Shown: piece after piece, positions 49,161 through 58,318 of the stretch | How positions within the stretch are numbered: the stretch's first letter is position 1 | How the letters are laid out: each line of letters begins with the position of its first letter | IMG/VR virus record: IMGVR_UViG_3300005573_001035 | Location: 73,620 to 137,619 of that record | Direction: 5' to 3' (one strand) | From: a virus | DNA: 64,000 nt | Translations under genes and position numbers: made by a program | The notes under the pieces: model-generated | What the model was told of the DNA's origin: nothing | The model's input: the letters and a program-made list of their open reading frames with translations, nothing else | Database searches by the model: none

Positions 49161-50341
49161 TTTTGGACCGACTCAGACATGGTTTTCTGGAGCTTTGCCC
49201 TTAGTTTAGCAATCTTTTTCTGGATTTCCATATTGCACTTCTGAGGATTTCTGGTCTTAGAGCACAGTCTCGCAGATGACTGAAGCTGTTTAATTTCTGC
49301 CTGGATGGCTTGGGACTTGTACTTTCGAACGCAAGCATCAAAGGCTTTTCCTCTTTGTCCCCTACATGCCCTTGCAGCCTGAGAGAAGAATCTTCGATAT
49401 ATTTTTGTACCAGCATATAGAAGAGTTCCTGCCAAAGCCGCAGCCCCAATTCCACCAGCTAAAGCGGGATTAGTTTCAATCCACTTCTGGACAGGTCCCA
49501 GTTGTCCTTGCGCCTTATCTACAAGCCCTCGCATAGTGTCGTATGCACTTTGGGCTGCTCCTTGCGCAGTATTGTATGCACTTTGGGCTGCTCCTCCAAC
49601 TTTATTCATAAGAGCGGAAGCTGCAGAAGGCACTTCGCCCATCGTATCAAGTGCTGTGTCGGTGGGTACTTCGCCTATCGTATCAAGTGCTGTGTTGGGA
49701 CCCTCACCAGACAGCCCAGGAGCCACAGGCTTTTTAGCAGCCGCTTTAGCTGCGTTGAGCCTTGCAACCTCCCTAGTATAGGCAGCCGGGTCTGAAAGTG
49801 CAAGCCATGGATCGACAAAATCAGCTTCAAGAAGCATCTTAGCCTTGCCTAAAAGCTCCTTCTCCTTCAAGGGATCAAGAACCGATCTAGATTCAGAAAT
49901 AAGAGCCTTTATAAGTTTTTGCTTAGTTTGAGTCTTAATCTTTGAAGCTTCCTGCAGAGAAACATATGGAATTTTCTTTTTGCCCTTTAGATATTCCTTA
50001 GCTTCGCTAAGACGAGAACTCATCTTGTAGAAACGAAGGGGAAGAGAATTTCGAATCGCTTCGGCAAATTCCTTACCAACTCCTGCTTGAAGGAGAATTC
50101 TAGATGCTCTCCTGGTAAAAGTCTCATGTAGGACTAACTCTCTAGCAATATTAGACTTGTTAGAAGTTACTATGCCTCCAATTACCATCTCTAAGATCTG
50201 GTAATCTGTGGCTTTGTTGAGAATAGCATCTTGGATTTTCTTCTTCTGATTTCTAGTCATTGGAAGAGAACTAATAGACTCAGAAAGCGAACTTCTAACA
50301 TGACCTAGTAATAATAGAATTTCCTCATTAACATTAAGCAT
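49145..50341 (-). CDS. Paralog array member 2
   Basis: TDYQILEMVI; LLEAD; internal 11-12 aa duplications; hydrophobic helix; C-x10-C-x22-C-x8-C. Confidence 0.8.
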   Translation of the reverse strand: MLNVNEEILLLLGHVRSSLSESISSLPMTRNQKKKIQDAILNKATDYQILEMVIGGIVTSNKSNIARELVLHETFTRRASRILLQAGVGKEFAEAIRNSLPLRFYKMSSRLSEAKEYLKGKKKIPYVSLQEASKIKTQTKQKLIKALISESRSVLDPLKEKELLGKAKMLLEADFVDPWLALSDPAAYTREVARLNAAKAAAKKPVAPGLSGEGPNTALDTIGEVPTDTALDTMGEVPSAASALMNKVGGAAQSAYNTAQGAAQSAYDTMRGLVDKAQGQLGPVQKWIETNPALAGGIGAAALAGTLLYAGTKIYRRFFSQAARACRGQRGKAFDACVRKYKSQAIQAEIKQLQSSARLCSKTRNPQKCNMEIQKKIAKLRAKLQKTMSESVQKNFRK

Positions 50342-50414
50342 TTTTGGTTTTCCTCCTTGTTTTTCTCTATCTAGTAGGATTTTCTACTAAGCTTAGCATA
50401 CAGAATCCAACACA

Positions 50415-51818
50415 TTATGCCTTGGATAGTTTTTGTCTCTTTTGGATTAGTTTCATTAGCCTCTTTCTTAGAAATGCCTGGCATTTCGAAGGATTGGATG
50501 TCTTTCTGCATAGAGACATACTAGACTGGACTTGTGAGATTTCTTTCGCCAAGGCTTCCCTCTTAGCTTTCTGTACGCACTCATCAAAAGCAGCTCCCTT
50601 TAAGTGAGAACACGCTCGGCCATACGCACTAATATGCCTCCGATAAATCCTTCTTCCAGCATAAGCCAATAAGCCAGCCAACGCAACCCCACCAATAATG
50701 TGGGTTAGGGTTGGGTTGGAATCAACCCACTGCTTAACTTGCTGAAAAGAACCTTCATGTTTATCAATCATTTGCTTTAAAGCATTATAGAAATCTGAAA
50801 TTTTCTCGCTCGCCTTATCAACTAGAGATGGAGTGGTGGCCCCAGGTTCTCCGCTAAGTGGTGGAACTTCTGTTTGTTCTGTTCCATAAGCAGACTCTGG
50901 ATAGTGCCTTCCTGTAACTGCGCCAGAAAATTCGGGTCCAAGGCTATACTCATCCCCAGGTCCAGGTACAGATGCCGCTGGCTCGAGGCTTGTATAGTAG
51001 GGATGGGTAATTGGGTTTGGCCCAGTAGGTCCTCCTATATAACTAGGATGAAGGGCCATGGTTCCTCCAGATTTACCAAGTTCTCCGATCGCTTCTGGTG
51101 TTATAGTCCCAGCAGGAAGTGCATTCTCAGGACCTGCCCAGCCCCTTGCAGCATGGCGAACATCCTGCTGAGCAATTCGGGCAACGTCCGCTGGAGATGA
51201 GGATTGTCCAATTACCTTTTTCCAGTACTCATAAGGCGTCCTTAGGAAGAAATCTTTAGCTGCTTCAAGAGCGTCTCCCCTACCCTGTTCAGCTAAAAGT
51301 CTAGCCTTAGACAAAAACTCCATTCTTTTCAAATTATCGAAGGTACTCTCCGACTCTCGAAGAAACGAGGCAATAAGAACTGGTCTTAGATTCTTTCTTA
51401 CTTTCTTCATTTCATTTAAAGAAAGAGAAGGAAAAGATTTCTTTCCAGAAACAAACTTTTTGACTTCGGTTAATCTGGAGCTGGTCTTAAAGATTCTTAG
51501 AGGAACAGAATATGCAAAGACCTCGGAAAGTTCTTTTAAGGAACTTGACTTCTTAGATATAGACCTAAGTATAGAAGCAACCTTAAAAGAAAAGGCCTCA
51601 TGCAATATAACTTCCCTTGCAATGTCATGTTTCTTAGAAACCATTCGTCCATTAATTACCATTTCCAGAATCTGATAATCGGTTAGCTTGTTCAAAATAA
51701 TATCTTTAGCACTGGCTCTGTTCTTTTTGGCAATGTAAGGAAGCAAGGCTTCTGAAAGAGCTTCTCGAATATGAAGTAAAAGAAGCATAGTTTCCTTTCT
51801 GGGATCATATTTAGCCAT
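50415..51818 (-). CDS. Paralog array member 1
   Basis: TDYQILEMVI; LLAEQ; Pro/Gly-rich variable region; hydrophobic helix; C-x10-C-x22-C-x8-C. Confidence 0.8.
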   Translation of the reverse strand: MAKYDPRKETMLLLLHIREALSEALLPYIAKKNRASAKDIILNKLTDYQILEMVINGRMVSKKHDIAREVILHEAFSFKVASILRSISKKSSSLKELSEVFAYSVPLRIFKTSSRLTEVKKFVSGKKSFPSLSLNEMKKVRKNLRPVLIASFLRESESTFDNLKRMEFLSKARLLAEQGRGDALEAAKDFFLRTPYEYWKKVIGQSSSPADVARIAQQDVRHAARGWAGPENALPAGTITPEAIGELGKSGGTMALHPSYIGGPTGPNPITHPYYTSLEPAASVPGPGDEYSLGPEFSGAVTGRHYPESAYGTEQTEVPPLSGEPGATTPSLVDKASEKISDFYNALKQMIDKHEGSFQQVKQWVDSNPTLTHIIGGVALAGLLAYAGRRIYRRHISAYGRACSHLKGAAFDECVQKAKREALAKEISQVQSSMSLCRKTSNPSKCQAFLRKRLMKLIQKRQKLSKA

Positions 51819-51869
51819 GTTTACAAAGTCTCCTTTCCAAGAAATATTCTTTTAAGTGTGCTTATATAC

Positions 51870-52583
51870 TTATCGACGTCCACCATATGTCTTAACAAGC
51901 TCTTTAGATCCTACAAATTGCTCCTGGATTCCCTTAATGTAGTTCAAAACCCATGGTTCTCGATAAGCATAATCAACATGGAATGGAATTTCAACGTCCA
52001 ACCTAGCAATCGACTCAATATCAAAGGAATACAAGTCCTGAGGATCCTTTAGAGGGAAACACCCATCATAGCAAACAAAGTACTCAACCGAAACACCATC
52101 TGGGGCAGTGGTCCAGTAATAGATCAAGCAACCAAAGGTCTTCATAGAATACCCATCGCCCTGGTCACCATCAATAAGATCAGTAGCCCCAGTTCTATAG
52201 TCTCTAATCATCTTAATCCAAGCATGGAAAATGTTGAGAATAGGAACCTTGTTAAATTCTAAGAACTTTATAGAAATTTCATTACCATAATCAATGTTAC
52301 CTGGCACTGCCCACTTCAAACCACCAAGACCAGGTAACTCAACTTTGGCCAGAGTTCCCCCAACTGGAGTTACAGAAAGACATGACGCAGATAGAATTAA
52401 CTGGACTTCTGACAGAGAAGTAATGTTACTATCTAGCAATGAAACATAGTCTCCAAGCGCTCGAGGCAAACGATCAAACCAAGTAAAACCATACCCTGAA
52501 GTATAAGGATCAGCAGTTCCAGTTAACCCACCAAACTTACGACTAAATAGATTTTCCCTTAGAGCAGCAAAAGACGTTTTCAT
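51870..52583 (-). CDS. Tail tube protein (gp19-like)
   Basis: SVTPVGGTL...VPGNIDYGNEISIKFLE...IFHAWI...YDGCFP...VEIPFHVDY follows the tube-protein pattern. Confidence 0.7.
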   Translation of the reverse strand: MKTSFAALRENLFSRKFGGLTGTADPYTSGYGFTWFDRLPRALGDYVSLLDSNITSLSEVQLILSASCLSVTPVGGTLAKVELPGLGGLKWAVPGNIDYGNEISIKFLEFNKVPILNIFHAWIKMIRDYRTGATDLIDGDQGDGYSMKTFGCLIYYWTTAPDGVSVEYFVCYDGCFPLKDPQDLYSFDIESIARLDVEIPFHVDYAYREPWVLNYIKGIQEQFVGSKELVKTYGGRR

Positions 52584-52588
52584 TCAGA

Positions 52589-52909
52589 CTACCCCCTATT
52601 TTTAGAAGCGTGTGTATTTTTGTCCTTCTTGGATTTTGTAACCCTTCTTTTCTTTTTACTAGGCAAAGAAGCAGAGATGATTGAGTTTCCAGCCGCTATG
52701 GAATCTGGATATGGAACTCGGAGGACAGACTTCTCTCTAGATGGGGCTGGAGAGTCTATTGGCAAAAAAGACTCAGCAACTTTTCTAGCATATTTCATGA
52801 ACATAAACTCTACCATTGGATCAAAGAAGAAATCTGAATCCATCAAGAAGATCTCCTCTTTTTGCAAAAAGATAGAATTTCCTAATATTTTGTTCTTAAC
52901 ATAGTTCAA
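52589..52909 (-). CDS. Hypothetical protein (start probably the internal MDSDFF)
   Basis: Short ORF; AGAGGAG precedes the internal ATG. Confidence 0.45.
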   Translation of the reverse strand: MNYVKNKILGNSIFLQKEEIFLMDSDFFFDPMVEFMFMKYARKVAESFLPIDSPAPSREKSVLRVPYPDSIAAGNSIISASLPSKKKRRVTKSKKDKNTHASKNRG

Positions 52910-52969
52910 ATCTACAGAAAATGGATACTCAAAATATGAACAAATTAGTTTCTTAGTTACATACTAAGT

Positions 52970-53527
52970 TTATTCTTCTTGTTGGGATGTTGGGAGGCTG
53001 GAGGGACTTGTTTTCGAAAGAGAGACTTTTCTTCGGACTTGCATCGCGGAATCAACAGCTTCGATAAGCTCATAAATCTGCTCTTCTTCAAGAAGACCAG
53101 TTCCTGGACCATTTTGTCCAACTTTTCGAACCATCTCAAACTCATCTTTCAAAGATCTAGATATCTCCTTCCTTATTTCTAATAGCACTCGGAATAACTC
53201 GCTCAGAGACTTAACTCTTTCCGTGTAAACCATTGAGTTTCTAAAATCTGGCCGGTCTGGAAAAAGGAGGTCTATCTTCTTCTTTGTATGATCCAATTCT
53301 TGGATTAATTGAAAAAGAGCATTTCGGTTCGTAGCAAATTCTTGAAGCAAAGAATTTAGTCGTTCCTGGGGATCTATGCTATTAGGATTCGTGACTCCAG
53401 GAAGACCACACCCATCATCTATTGATACCGGAAGGTCCAAAGATGAAGAATTCTGGTCTTCCTGGAGTAGGGGATCTTGGTCTTCGAAATCAATCGAGGT
53501 AGTTAAACTTTCGTCTTGGGAACTCAT
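52970..53527 (-). CDS. Hypothetical coiled-coil protein (start likely MSSQDES)
   Basis: AGGAGG before ATG ~53527; overlaps the end of nrdD-C. Confidence 0.65.
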   Translation of the reverse strand: MSSQDESLTTSIDFEDQDPLLQEDQNSSSLDLPVSIDDGCGLPGVTNPNSIDPQERLNSLLQEFATNRNALFQLIQELDHTKKKIDLLFPDRPDFRNSMVYTERVKSLSELFRVLLEIRKEISRSLKDEFEMVRKVGQNGPGTGLLEEEQIYELIEAVDSAMQVRRKVSLSKTSPSSLPTSQQEE

Positions 53528-55337
53528 AAGTCCTCCTAGTTTTGGCCCAACTAGAAACCGGAGTAAAGTAACCAACAACGCGAGTGATGTAATCTGAAAC
53601 TTTCTCCCCACAAATTGGACATATTTCCACTTTCTTTAAGACGGAGTGCCTATTTGGACATACAGAAAATACAGGATTCAAGGCAAAGTGCTCAAGACCA
53701 CATGAAATGGCATATTGAATTAGTTTTTTCATTTGGTCTTTCGTTGCTGGGGCTCCAATATTTAGATGACTAATCATACCACCTGTAAAGTACTTACTCA
53801 TAATTCCATCAATTCTAGCTCTATCAAATAGGTCAATATCTAACCACAAAGGAACGAATTGGTTAGCATATAACATATGCTCATTGTCTCCAAAAAAGAC
53901 CGCATCCTTTCTTGCCGACACAATAGCTGCGCCTTCTGCAGGAACTTGCTCAATGTTAATTGGAATAGAATACTGGTCTATTTTATCTTTAGCTAATGAA
54001 TTTAGATAGTTTAGAATTTCGATGGCAAAATCTTGATTCTCAATTAAATCATAGCCCATGTACCTGAGTCCCTCATAGAAACCATTTATACCAACCGTAG
54101 AATAGAACATACGATCCAAATCAAACCACTTAAGAGGACTAAAGAATTGGAGACTCCCCTCTTCGATCTTATCCCTAAGAAGCATTCTATGAGCATAAAG
54201 AATCTTTACACTATCTTCAAAAGAATCTGCAATATGCATCTTAAATAAAGACTTATCTCCTCCGCTCATCCTACCTAGTCGTGCTACGTTAATTGTGCAC
54301 ACCCTGTGTGAGCCAATATTAATACCTCCATTCCCAAAACTATCAATCCCCTTGTATTGCATCAAATCAGCAACATTATTAATTAGTCGGCAACAAGATG
54401 CAATCTTTGCATAATCAGTTGTTATAAAGATATTAAAGAGCCCTTCTCGATTATAATTAGCAACCTGGTCTATAAAATCATAGTCTAAACTACCATTTGC
54501 AAAAATATTACAGGTAGTAACTGGGAATCTATATGGCAAGTTGGTCATGGGATCTTTATCGGCCATAAACTTTAAGAAAATATTTTGCACTTCTATAATA
54601 ACGTCTTCTATATCTTTAGCACATGTACCATCTGGAAAGTAATGATTATCGAAAACTCTCTCCAAAGTAGGCCTATCAAAAATAGATACGTTTGTAAAGG
54701 GACTATTATGAGCATAGATTCCAGAAGAACAAACAAAATTCTCATCTCCTTCAACGGAAATATCATACACGTAGTTATCTACTGCTAAGTTAGTTTCTAT
54801 TTTTGTAACAAATGCAAGTTCTTTGGTTAGGACCTGAGATGGATTATTTGGATCTTCCGATTCAACAACTACTTGCATTCCCGGTTTGGTCTGGTTAGGA
54901 GAGAACGTTCTAATTATTCCATTTTCATCTTTGTAGAAAAGACTATGGTCTTCGGTGGTAGAGATCTTGGATCCATCTTGAAGGTACAGATCGTAGAGAT
55001 CATTTTTCCTAACATGCTTCTCAACTGCGTAGATCTTGTGGAACATTTCTGTTCCATCTTCCGTATTAAATGACTTGGTGTAGTAGGAATCACTTCCATT
55101 TAACGGAAAGTAAAGATCGAAATTGGTTGATTGGGGAATAAACCTATCAACAAATTTACCAATTTCTATATCCATCGGCTCTAATTCAACGAGTTCTATA
55201 TCGTAATCTGGTGGAAGAATATGTATTGTTCCATTCTTCAGTGTAATGTAAACCATCCCATCTTCTTCTCGAATGGACTTAATGTTTTGTTTAACGATTG
55301 TCAAGCTTGGGTAAATAACTTGTTTCTGATTTGGCAT
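53490..55337 (-). CDS. nrdD: Anaerobic ribonucleotide reductase C-terminal half, preceded by the split-intein C-fragment (aa 1-211)
   Basis: Intein block B TTEDHSLF and blocks F/G VYDISVEGDENFV...GIYAHN/S; extein SPFTNVSIFD, SCCRL, EQVPAEG, CPNRH...CPICG, glycyl radical YITRVVGYF. Confidence 0.92.
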   Translation of the reverse strand: MPNQKQVIYPSLTIVKQNIKSIREEDGMVYITLKNGTIHILPPDYDIELVELEPMDIEIGKFVDRFIPQSTNFDLYFPLNGSDSYYTKSFNTEDGTEMFHKIYAVEKHVRKNDLYDLYLQDGSKISTTEDHSLFYKDENGIIRTFSPNQTKPGMQVVVESEDPNNPSQVLTKELAFVTKIETNLAVDNYVYDISVEGDENFVCSSGIYAHNSPFTNVSIFDRPTLERVFDNHYFPDGTCAKDIEDVIIEVQNIFLKFMADKDPMTNLPYRFPVTTCNIFANGSLDYDFIDQVANYNREGLFNIFITTDYAKIASCCRLINNVADLMQYKGIDSFGNGGINIGSHRVCTINVARLGRMSGGDKSLFKMHIADSFEDSVKILYAHRMLLRDKIEEGSLQFFSPLKWFDLDRMFYSTVGINGFYEGLRYMGYDLIENQDFAIEILNYLNSLAKDKIDQYSIPINIEQVPAEGAAIVSARKDAVFFGDNEHMLYANQFVPLWLDIDLFDRARIDGIMSKYFTGGMISHLNIGAPATKDQMKKLIQYAISCGLEHFALNPVFSVCPNRHSVLKKVEICPICGEKVSDYITRVVGYFTPVSSWAKTRRTYEFPRRKFNYLD

Positions 55338-55369
55338 GCGTATATTTCTCCTTCTCTTTTTTTTCTAAA

Positions 55370-56233
55370 CTAAGTGGTTAGGACTCGATCTGCTAAACGA
55401 ATAGTTGGGTACAAGTAAGGAACAACCTCTATGTTACCAGAAGAAGGTATTCGAACTACCACTCCCCCAAGATCTGGTTGGACTTTTCCGTAGCAATTTA
55501 CCAACTTTGACCATCCTCCCCAAAGTTTCCAACATGGAGCTTGAATAAGAACTCTTGATGGAAATTTCAAGCATAGGAATCTATGAAGATGTCCTCTTGC
55601 ATATAAGTCAATTTTATCTCCTATTCGATACAAACTTTGATCCAAGAAATTAGACTCTCTTTCCAAAGAGGTAGACAAATAGATTAAACTCTGACTTGAA
55701 CCATGGACAAAGAAACACCTGGTTCCTACATTCTTCAATCTAATATTAGCAACTAGACCAAAGAAAGTCCCTCCCAACCTTAAGGTCACAAGTTTATCTA
55801 GTGACAAATCTATAGAATTATGATATCTAGATCCATCAACTGAGATAATTAACTTCCCACCAGATACCAAAGGGGTTAAGATCTTAGAGGCCACTTGAAG
55901 TTGAGCATCTAACTCTGCGGTTGTTAACTGGCGCCCAAATTCTCTTCTGTTATTTCCTTCACATATATCTCCAAGAAGAACAACGGTATCACACCCAGAT
56001 GCCTTCTCACAGAAATCATTCCAATATTCTAATAGAACTTTTTGTGCGGAATTTGCTCTAATCTCAAGTGAGTCACCCGAAAAGTCACTCCATAACCCGT
56101 ACAAACTTCCTACATGGAGGTCCCCAACAATTGCTATCTCTCTCGATTTAGATGGTAGTCTTGGCCTCTTTTTTGATGCCATTCTACTTTCCCCCTCTAT
56201 TATGCACATATGTGAACTAGGTTTGAAGTACAT
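55370..56233 (-). CDS. Calcineurin-like metallophosphoesterase
   Basis: GDLHVG, LLGDICEG, DGSRYH, FVHG, RGHLH. Confidence 0.8.
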   Translation of the reverse strand: MYFKPSSHMCIIEGESRMASKKRPRLPSKSREIAIVGDLHVGSLYGLWSDFSGDSLEIRANSAQKVLLEYWNDFCEKASGCDTVVLLGDICEGNNRREFGRQLTTAELDAQLQVASKILTPLVSGGKLIISVDGSRYHNSIDLSLDKLVTLRLGGTFFGLVANIRLKNVGTRCFFVHGSSQSLIYLSTSLERESNFLDQSLYRIGDKIDLYARGHLHRFLCLKFPSRVLIQAPCWKLWGGWSKLVNCYGKVQPDLGGVVVRIPSSGNIEVVPYLYPTIRLADRVLTT

Positions 56234-56319
56234 GTATAGATCTTACAAAAAGTAGGTCCTGACAAGAAAGAAAAACCTCGAGAGGGGAGAAAGCATAAAA
56301 CTAATGTAATCGAATTTCG

Positions 56320-56667
56320 TTAGACTTCAAAAATTTCTATACTAAATGGATCCAGGTCATTAGGAGTATCTGGTATCTTCTCATTCATAGTAAGGGCATC
56401 TCGTTCCTGTTCTATTGTTTTGGTTTGTTTCTTTCCTCCTTCTTTTACTACATTCACACTACTAGAAACTTCTTCTAGTTTATTGTAGTCAATTCGTCTC
56501 GATACTATATCCTTCATAGTAAAACCAAACGCGTACAATTTCTTCTTAATCGAACTGGTAGTTCGATATGGAAGAACCTCGGCAATTTCTTTAAACGAGC
56601 ATCCCTTTCGAGCCAAGTCTAGAAGAACCTGAATTTCTTCTTCTGACCACCCTAAGTTCTTGATCAA
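56320..56667 (-). CDS. Myb/SANT/GcrA-like helix-turn-helix protein
   Basis: WSEEEIQVLLDLARKGCSFKEIAEVLPYRTTSSIKKKL. Confidence 0.7.
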   Translation of the reverse strand: MIKNLGWSEEEIQVLLDLARKGCSFKEIAEVLPYRTTSSIKKKLYAFGFTMKDIVSRRIDYNKLEEVSSSVNVVKEGGKKQTKTIEQERDALTMNEKIPDTPNDLDPFSIEIFEV

Positions 56668-56783
56668 AGTCTATCTCCCTCTCCTCTCTCTTTCTAGTCA
56701 ATAAAAGTACAAAACTTTTCAACTTTTATTTTTATGTTCAGAGAGAGGTTAATTTTCACCCCTACTATCACCAAACAACAAGA

Positions 56784-57605
56784 CTAAGCTCCAGTCTTCT
56801 GATTAGAAAAATTAGAACATAACTCCAAAGCCGTCATTCGTTTAGAACTTTTTACTCGGTAGACTCGAATCTTTTCGCAATATCTAAGAGAATCTCCACC
56901 AACTCGAAACTTGTTATTAACCGTATGCACAAATCTCTGAAATTCGTTTCGAATCTTAGATCGAATCTGAGAATTCTCTCTAATAAAAGTTGCTATAGCC
57001 TGTTTAGGTAGATGATACTCTTGTATAAGGTCATTTACAAGAAACCAAGAATAGTTGACAAATAAATCTGCTAGAGCAACTGCCCCAGCAAAATTCTGAG
57101 ATAAGTCCATGGTAGTTTCAACTACCTGGGAAATATAGGAATCCGTCCTTTTAGGAGGTCTAGAAAAAAGATCTCCAAACCTTCTTCCTTCAAGAATCAA
57201 ATGATATGTACTAGCCCCAATACAATAAGGAATAACCCACTTAGTAAGATCATGGGGGTAGTAGAAACCAGAAATGCATTTAGAAATAATTCTATTCGCG
57301 GTCTCAATATTGAACAATTTCTTTAAGTACATCCAGAGAAGATAAAGACCATTTAGTTTCATAAGACCCTTGAAGATCTCATTCGTATACGTGTTAAAGG
57401 ACTTGCTTTGGCCAACATTCGCGTTGGGATCTACCGAAATATCGGAAGTGACAGATCGAAAGAACTTCTTTGACATATCTGAAAAATCAAGCTCATCTCT
57501 AGAAATTCCAGTAAGTTGAAGAAGTCTCTTTTTCTTCTCCGTGGTTCCAAAAGATGTATAGAGGTCACAAAAATCCTTATCATAGTTAATAGAAACATGC
57601 AACAT
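56784..57605 (-). CDS. nrdD: Anaerobic ribonucleotide reductase N-terminal half, followed by the 35-aa split-intein N-fragment
   Basis: SVDPNAN, YPHDL, PYC, SQNFAGA, FQRFVHTVN..RVGGD, then intein block A-like SLRYCEKIRV (starts at 56891). Confidence 0.9.
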   Translation of the reverse strand: MLHVSINYDKDFCDLYTSFGTTEKKKRLLQLTGISRDELDFSDMSKKFFRSVTSDISVDPNANVGQSKSFNTYTNEIFKGLMKLNGLYLLWMYLKKLFNIETANRIISKCISGFYYPHDLTKWVIPYCIGASTYHLILEGRRFGDLFSRPPKRTDSYISQVVETTMDLSQNFAGAVALADLFVNYSWFLVNDLIQEYHLPKQAIATFIRENSQIRSKIRNEFQRFVHTVNNKFRVGGDSLRYCEKIRVYRVKSSKRMTALELCSNFSNQKTGA

Positions 57606-57649
57606 GTCACCTAACCCCCTCTGAATATTCTATTATTTTAGTTTGTAAC

Positions 57650-58159
57650 TTAGTGCATTGCATTGAAAGAAGATTGTGGTGAAGTTTGCTTATTGATTGG
57701 AAGTGTGCTAGGATCAACTAGTTGGCGAGAAACAAATACCCTCTGGTTAGAAGATGAGGGAAAAGAAGAAGTTCTTTTAGAAAAATCAAACTCGCCATCA
57801 ATAACCACATCTAAAACCTCCTTTATATCTTCTCTTAAAGACTCGTACTTGAAACCCGTATAAAGAATCGTTCTTAGATTATTGTTTTTACAAAATGTGG
57901 CTAGATCCAAAAGCTGATCTGGATACAAATTAAATTCACCGCCGCAAAACACAACAGAATCAATTAGAGGTAGTCGGGATCTAATTTTTTCCTTTATTTC
58001 ATCCAATGACATTTCAATGCCGTAGGAGGGATCTTGGAGTTCTGGTTGCTGGCACTTATAACACCGCCTATTGCATCCTGCGCAAAAAATCGTTAAAGAA
58101 ATCCCCAGGAACGGATCATCATTTAACGTAATCGAAAAAGACGCAATAGGTACAAACAA
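57650..58159 (-). CDS. nrdG: Anaerobic RNR activating radical SAM enzyme
   Basis: GCNRRCYKCQQPE, FCGGE, YTG, DVVIDGEF, SSNQR; adjacent to nrdD. Confidence 0.9.
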   Translation of the reverse strand: MFVPIASFSITLNDDPFLGISLTIFCAGCNRRCYKCQQPELQDPSYGIEMSLDEIKEKIRSRLPLIDSVVFCGGEFNLYPDQLLDLATFCKNNNLRTILYTGFKYESLREDIKEVLDVVIDGEFDFSKRTSSFPSSSNQRVFVSRQLVDPSTLPINKQTSPQSSFNAMH

Positions 58160-58318
58160 GAACGGTCTTCCTTTCTCTTACAAACCAGACTTTCTTTTTT
58201 TTTGATTACTGGTGAGGAATAAAAAGTAATTTTTGTTCTAGGTTGGAGAGAACCAAAAAAAGCAGAAAAGCATCCTTAAACCAGAAAGACTAGAACTAAG
58301 AAGAAAAAAGAAAAGAAC

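Noticed and set aside
49150-49170. Canonical -1 slippery site A AAA AAC
   Set aside because: The -1 frame meets TAG immediately; only +1/-2 is productive
55338-56783. Group I intron or homing endonuclease splitting nrdD
   Set aside because: Intein motifs lie on both sides, the insert holds two ordinary ORFs with SDs, and no endonuclease motif is visible
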